Shown here: in pieces, positions 58,819 to 64,000 of the stretch
Layout of the letters: the number at the start of each line of letters is the position of its first letter
Numbering within the stretch: position 1 is the stretch's first letter
Assembly: GCA_964016885.1 (NCBI GenBank)
Contig: OZ024758.1
Span: 806,001 to 870,000 of the forward strand
Direction: 5' to 3'
Source: Eledone cirrhosa
Lineage: Eukaryota
DNA length: 64,000 nucleotides
Translations under genes and position numbers: made by a program
The notes under the pieces: generated by a model
The model's database searches: none
Seen by the model: the letters and a program-made list of their open reading frames with translations, nothing else
What the model was told of the DNA's origin: nothing

Positions 58819-58896
58819 ACCTTACGGGGTCGATAAAATAAAGCACCAGTAATGCACTGGGTAATTGCTGGCCTTGTGCATAAAGTAGAAACAATT
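58819..58896 (+). mobile_element. SINE S1, 3' fragment
   Basis: CCTTACGGGGTCGATAAAATAAAG.ACCAG...GCTGGCCTTGTGC..AAAGTAGAAAC. Confidence 0.8.
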
Positions 58897-59435
58897 ATAA
58901 TAATGATAACAATAAAATTAAAATAATATTAATTATTACTATTACTATTATTTGAAACTTCCTTTGAATTCCGTTTCTTTCCCAAACATGTTGAATGTCA
59001 ACCTAGCACCTGAGGCAAACTTTACAATCAATTGTCATACAAATGATGCCACAGGGGCACAAACAACAGTAATTGTCCATGCAAAGTTTTAAAATTGATA
59101 ATGCCTTTCTTAGAATATCGACAGTAACAGCACTATTTTCTCTATCTCTTGTAGAGATGTCTTTCCAGGCATCTGGTACAAATATTTTCAGGTTCCTTTT
59201 ATATCATTCCAAGTGCACTTGGAATGATGTAAAAGGGAGCTGAAAATAGCTGATGTAATTGACGGGTGAGAGAAAGCTGTACTCTTTACCGAAGTTGAGT
59301 TTGAATATTCATTTTATTGAGACTACATAGTGAGTCTTATTACTCTAGAGTAACACGTCTCACGAGTTAACCCTAACAACATGAATCCATATATATATAC
59401 ATATATATATATATGGGGAGGGGTTATATATGTAA

Positions 59436-59643
59436 TGGTTTCTGATATAGGCACAAAGCCAACAATTTTCGGGGAGGGTAGAGCCGATTACATTGACCTC
59501 AGTGCATTACTGGTACTTTATTTTATCGACCCTGTACGGATGAAAGTCAAAGCTACACTCGGAGGGATTTGAACTCAGAACATAAAGGGCCGTAACTCTA
59601 TGCTGCAAACCAAAGTGTCCGACACTCTACTGATTCTGCCAAT
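59436..59643 (-). mobile_element. SINE S1, near full length
   Basis: Reverse-orientation copy with B box and central domain. Confidence 0.88.
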
Positions 59644-60044
59644 TCAACATCCTTATACATATAATGAGAGTCAGAGGGAGAGAAAGATTGTGTATATATA
59701 TTTAAATGGCCATACACATACACGCAATGTATTTGCGCGCCTGTTTACGTTTGAGTCAGGAGTATCATAAAGAAATGTTCATTCGACGTCTAAATCATGT
59801 ATTTATTTTACTTTTCCGTTATCAAAGGAATTTTGATTTGTTGATTTGGTGAAATTTCCACCCACCATGGACGCCACTATCTCTATAATAAAATAAGCTG
59901 TATCTTTTAAACTTCTGTATCATTGACTTTGAACAAAATGGATCACACACACACAAGTCACCTATTTCCAGTCTTCTTACCCTCACGTTCTCCCCCACTC
60001 TCTCTCCGTCTCTACCTCTCTTTATTTCTCTTATTCTCACTCTC

Positions 60045-60105
<61 letters not shown>

Positions 60106-60123
60106 AGACACACATACACACAC

Positions 60124-60166
<43 letters not shown>

Positions 60167-60167
<1 letters not shown>

Positions 60168-60513
60168 GGGAAAAAAGATGAAATCGAAAATGCAACTGGA
60201 ATCTTATTTAAAAAATAAAATATATATTTAACCGGTTTCGCAGTACTTCTGCATTTCAAAAGTAGAGTTGAAATGGAGGGCCTTTTTTTTCCTCACATCA
60301 GATGTGAGAAAAACCACAGGCCCTCCATCTCAACTCTACTTTTGAAATGCAGAAGAACTGCGAAACCGGTTAAGGAACCAAATAAATATATATATATATA
60401 TTTAAATAAGACTCCAGTTGCATTTTCGATTTCATCTTTTTTCCTTATACTTTCACTCGTGTAGGGCACCTCGGTTAATTTTCATTTTGTAAAAAAAACC
60501 TCACTTTCCTCAC
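60167..60513. mobile_element. Family A fold-back element with hammerhead-like motifs on both strands
   Basis: Inverted arms centred near 60300; motifs at 60339-60374 (+) and about 60227-60262 (-). Confidence 0.65.
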
Positions 60514-60883
60514 TATACGTATATATATGCTTGTGTCTGTGTGTATACATGTATGTTTGCATGCATGAATGAATATACTAAGCTTTAGATTTAGTAGAAT
60601 GTACAACCACTGATTCCAGCTATTTGCACTATCGTATATTTTGGTTTCTAGTAATTCCCTGGGGAATTGGTTGACCAAATGCTTTGCTTAACTGTTTTAT
60701 TCATTTTAAAAGAAAATGTATTCCTTCTCTTAGATTTTAGGTATTTTTTGAAAGCAAAACATTGGCTCCTAAAATACTACAGTTGGCCCTGCAGTCCTAC
60801 TGTGGGCCCCTGCAATACTACCGTGGGCCCCTTGGGCTCCACTTGCCATTGAGCAACCTGGTAACCTGGCTAGTCCACCACCG

Positions 60884-60989
<106 letters not shown>

Positions 60990-61139
60990 AAAATACTGCA
61001 GGTAGCACATGGATAACATGTAATAAAATAAGTCCCTCATCAGTGATTTGCCGAAGATCATAGATATTTCATTGCATTAAAAATCATATATCTCACTTCG
61101 GTGCAATAATAACCAAAATAAGTTATTAGGACAATTAAA

Positions 61140-61227
61140 ACTCGTTCCTATTACCCACTCTACTACCCTAAGTATTGAGTACTTTGGTACGTTATGGTCC
61201 ATCTGGTTCCTTAACACATTTCTTTCG

Positions 61228-61283
<56 letters not shown>

Positions 61284-61402
61284 CGAAAGAAATGTGTTAA
61301 GGAACCAGATGGACCATAACGTACCAAAGTACTCAATACTTAGGGTAGTAGAGTGGGTAATAGGAACGAGTAAGACCCCGACGGCTGAGGTCAAGCCGTT
61401 CC
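61140..61402. mobile_element. Family B element, inverted pair around (TA)n
   Basis: Perfectly inverted arms of about 90 bp flank the TA run. Confidence 0.8.
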
Positions 61403-61870
61403 TATATATATATATATATTTATACATGCGTGTGTGTGTGTGTATGTGTGTGTGTGCATGCGTGCATGCGTATGTGTATGTTTACATTTACAGCTCAGTA
61501 AAATTGGTAGTTAAAATAGTCTTGGGGTCGGTGTGATCCACTAAGCGTGTTGATGTCTTTGCCCCAGAATGGGCGCAATCTACTTACTGAAACCATGAAA
61601 AAATAAAGCAAATAAAGAAAAGATAAAATGGTATTTGATTGTTTTGAAAATAAGGTAAATAAAATAATAAATAGAGAAAATAAAAGAGTGACGGTTGTCC
61701 GAAGATAAAACATTTAACAAACCCGGGAATCCACGACAGTGAAATATTCTGTAAGAAATATCTTGTGTTATCATCACCTGATAAAGTTTGGCAGATTCCG
61801 GAAATATCTCCTCTTCTTCCAGTACCTCTCTCCCCCTCCCCCACCTCCTCCCCTCCTCCTACAGTACCCC

Positions 61871-61930
61871 TTCTTCTTCTTCTTCTTCTTCTTCTTCTTC
61901 TTCTTCTTCTTCTTCTTCTTCTTCTTCTTT
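61871..61930. repeat. (TTC)n microsatellite
   Basis: Direct observation. Confidence 0.95.
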
Positions 61931-62735
61931 GTAGATTGTAGGAGTCCAACTGGGACAGGGCACTTACCCTAAAGATCAGGACATCTGAGGTTTTATGGGG
62001 TTCTATTCCACGAATGACCCCCAAACGCCTCCTCCCTATTGAGGAACCTTCTTTGTTTTAATTTTATTGACATCTTTTTTTAAACATTGTTAAAATTTGT
62101 TTACACGCAAAACCCCCACACCAACCCACTAACCCCCACACCAACCCACCAACCCCCACACCAACACACTAACAACCCCCATACACCCCCACACACACTC
62201 TATGTATTCGTCCTGTACTGTCAATGTTTTTCTTGATGTAAACCCTTTGTGGTTAATAAAGAAATCATACTATAAAGTAGAGTTTAACAGATATATGTTA
62301 AAAATGTAGTAAACCAGGGTAAACTAGATGAGCAAGACTGAACTGATAGACACAAACATACACTCGCGCAGACACACAAACAGACACACATAATACACAC
62401 ACAGACAATCACACATACATCCCCCCATATATATATATAGTTTGAGACTCACCCACACATACACACACACATACGCGCACATATACCCCCCCCCCCCCCA
62501 CAATATATAGTTAGAGAGATAGAGAGTGAGAGATGGGTGCGTCTCGTTATGGGTGTTGCCGCCATGTGTGTTTTGTTTCTACGTGTGTGTATGTGTGAAT
62601 GTAGAGAGCCACATGCAAGGGAACAGTAATCACAGTCACATACAGCGATACATACACACACACGCACAGAGCTCAACACTTATACATATATACATACATA
62701 CACATACCTATATACATACATATATATATATAAAT

Positions 62736-62782
<47 letters not shown>

Positions 62783-62861
62783 CTGTTGAGTGCTCTAAAT
62801 CAGTTATAAACATTTATATTTATATTTGTCGGATTTCCAACAAATTAAATAACCCCTTCTA

Positions 62862-63263
<402 letters not shown>

Positions 63264-63397
63264 TATCTATCTATATATCTATATATATGAAGATATATAT
63301 ATATATATATAATATTAAGGATACTATTTATAGCTATGTATATTTTAAACATAGCTTTGATTTGTGAATTCAATATATATATATATATATATATATC

Positions 63398-63465
<68 letters not shown>

Positions 63466-63934
63466 TCTCTCTATATATATATATAATCAACTGATATCAC
63501 AGCATAAGCGTGCCTTAGTCAAGTGTGCTCTGTCCAGACAACCCGATGTACATTCAAGTAAGCATAGCATTTTCCCCGTGTCCTAAACTGTATAAAGATC
63601 TCTGCTAATTAATTGTCACAACATCCTTATATGCCAGTCGATATATGCTGCTATATGCTACTATAATATATGTAATATTGCTATTCAACAAGACCGGAAA
63701 TATCTGTTCGCTAAGCTAATATGTAGCTAATGATCTCTCCAGTTTCATCCTATCTGATAATGAGGTATGAGAGTGATATAAGTTGTGTATGTTTGCCATC
63801 GTGTGTGTATGTTTGTGAGTATATAAGGCTATATATAGGAATCTATGCGTTTGTTTATATGTAAGTGGTTCATTTTGTTTCTCTTTATGTTTATATATAT
63901 ATATGTTAATGCATATATGTATGTATAAGCGTGA

Positions 63935-63979
<45 letters not shown>

Positions 63980-64000
63980 CATTTATAAATATTTTGGTGA

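Noticed and set aside
61000-61050. CTGATGAGGGAC on the minus strand (hammerhead 5' half)
   Set aside because: No downstream GAAA core at a suitable distance

Overview
This is eukaryotic, AT-rich, almost entirely non-coding DNA with very dense microsatellites ((TA)n, (CA)n, (GA)n, (GATA)n, (CAT)n, (ACC)n, (GAA)n) and a 200-N assembly gap. The SINE sequences and repeat landscape suggest a coleoid cephalopod, probably an octopus; this is inference, not database-verified. Nearly all listed ORFs are translations of microsatellites. The supported content is: about 15 copies of one tRNA-derived SINE family, a second CORE-like SINE, CR1/L2-type and RTE-type LINE fragments, mariner and pogo/Tc2-like remnants, and several minisatellites. 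Two small repeat families sit in (TA)n tracts, fold back into palindromes at fixed points, and carry hammerhead-ribozyme-like motifs, as expected for remnants of Penelope-like elements. No complete host gene is visible. Several minus-strand splice signals (a 78-nt in-frame exon, a textbook CAG|GTAAGT recursive site and a possible ATG exon) suggest the window lies in long introns of a minus-strand gene. No prokaryotic systems and no CRISPR array are present. Most coordinates were read by eye, and repeat boundaries are approximate.
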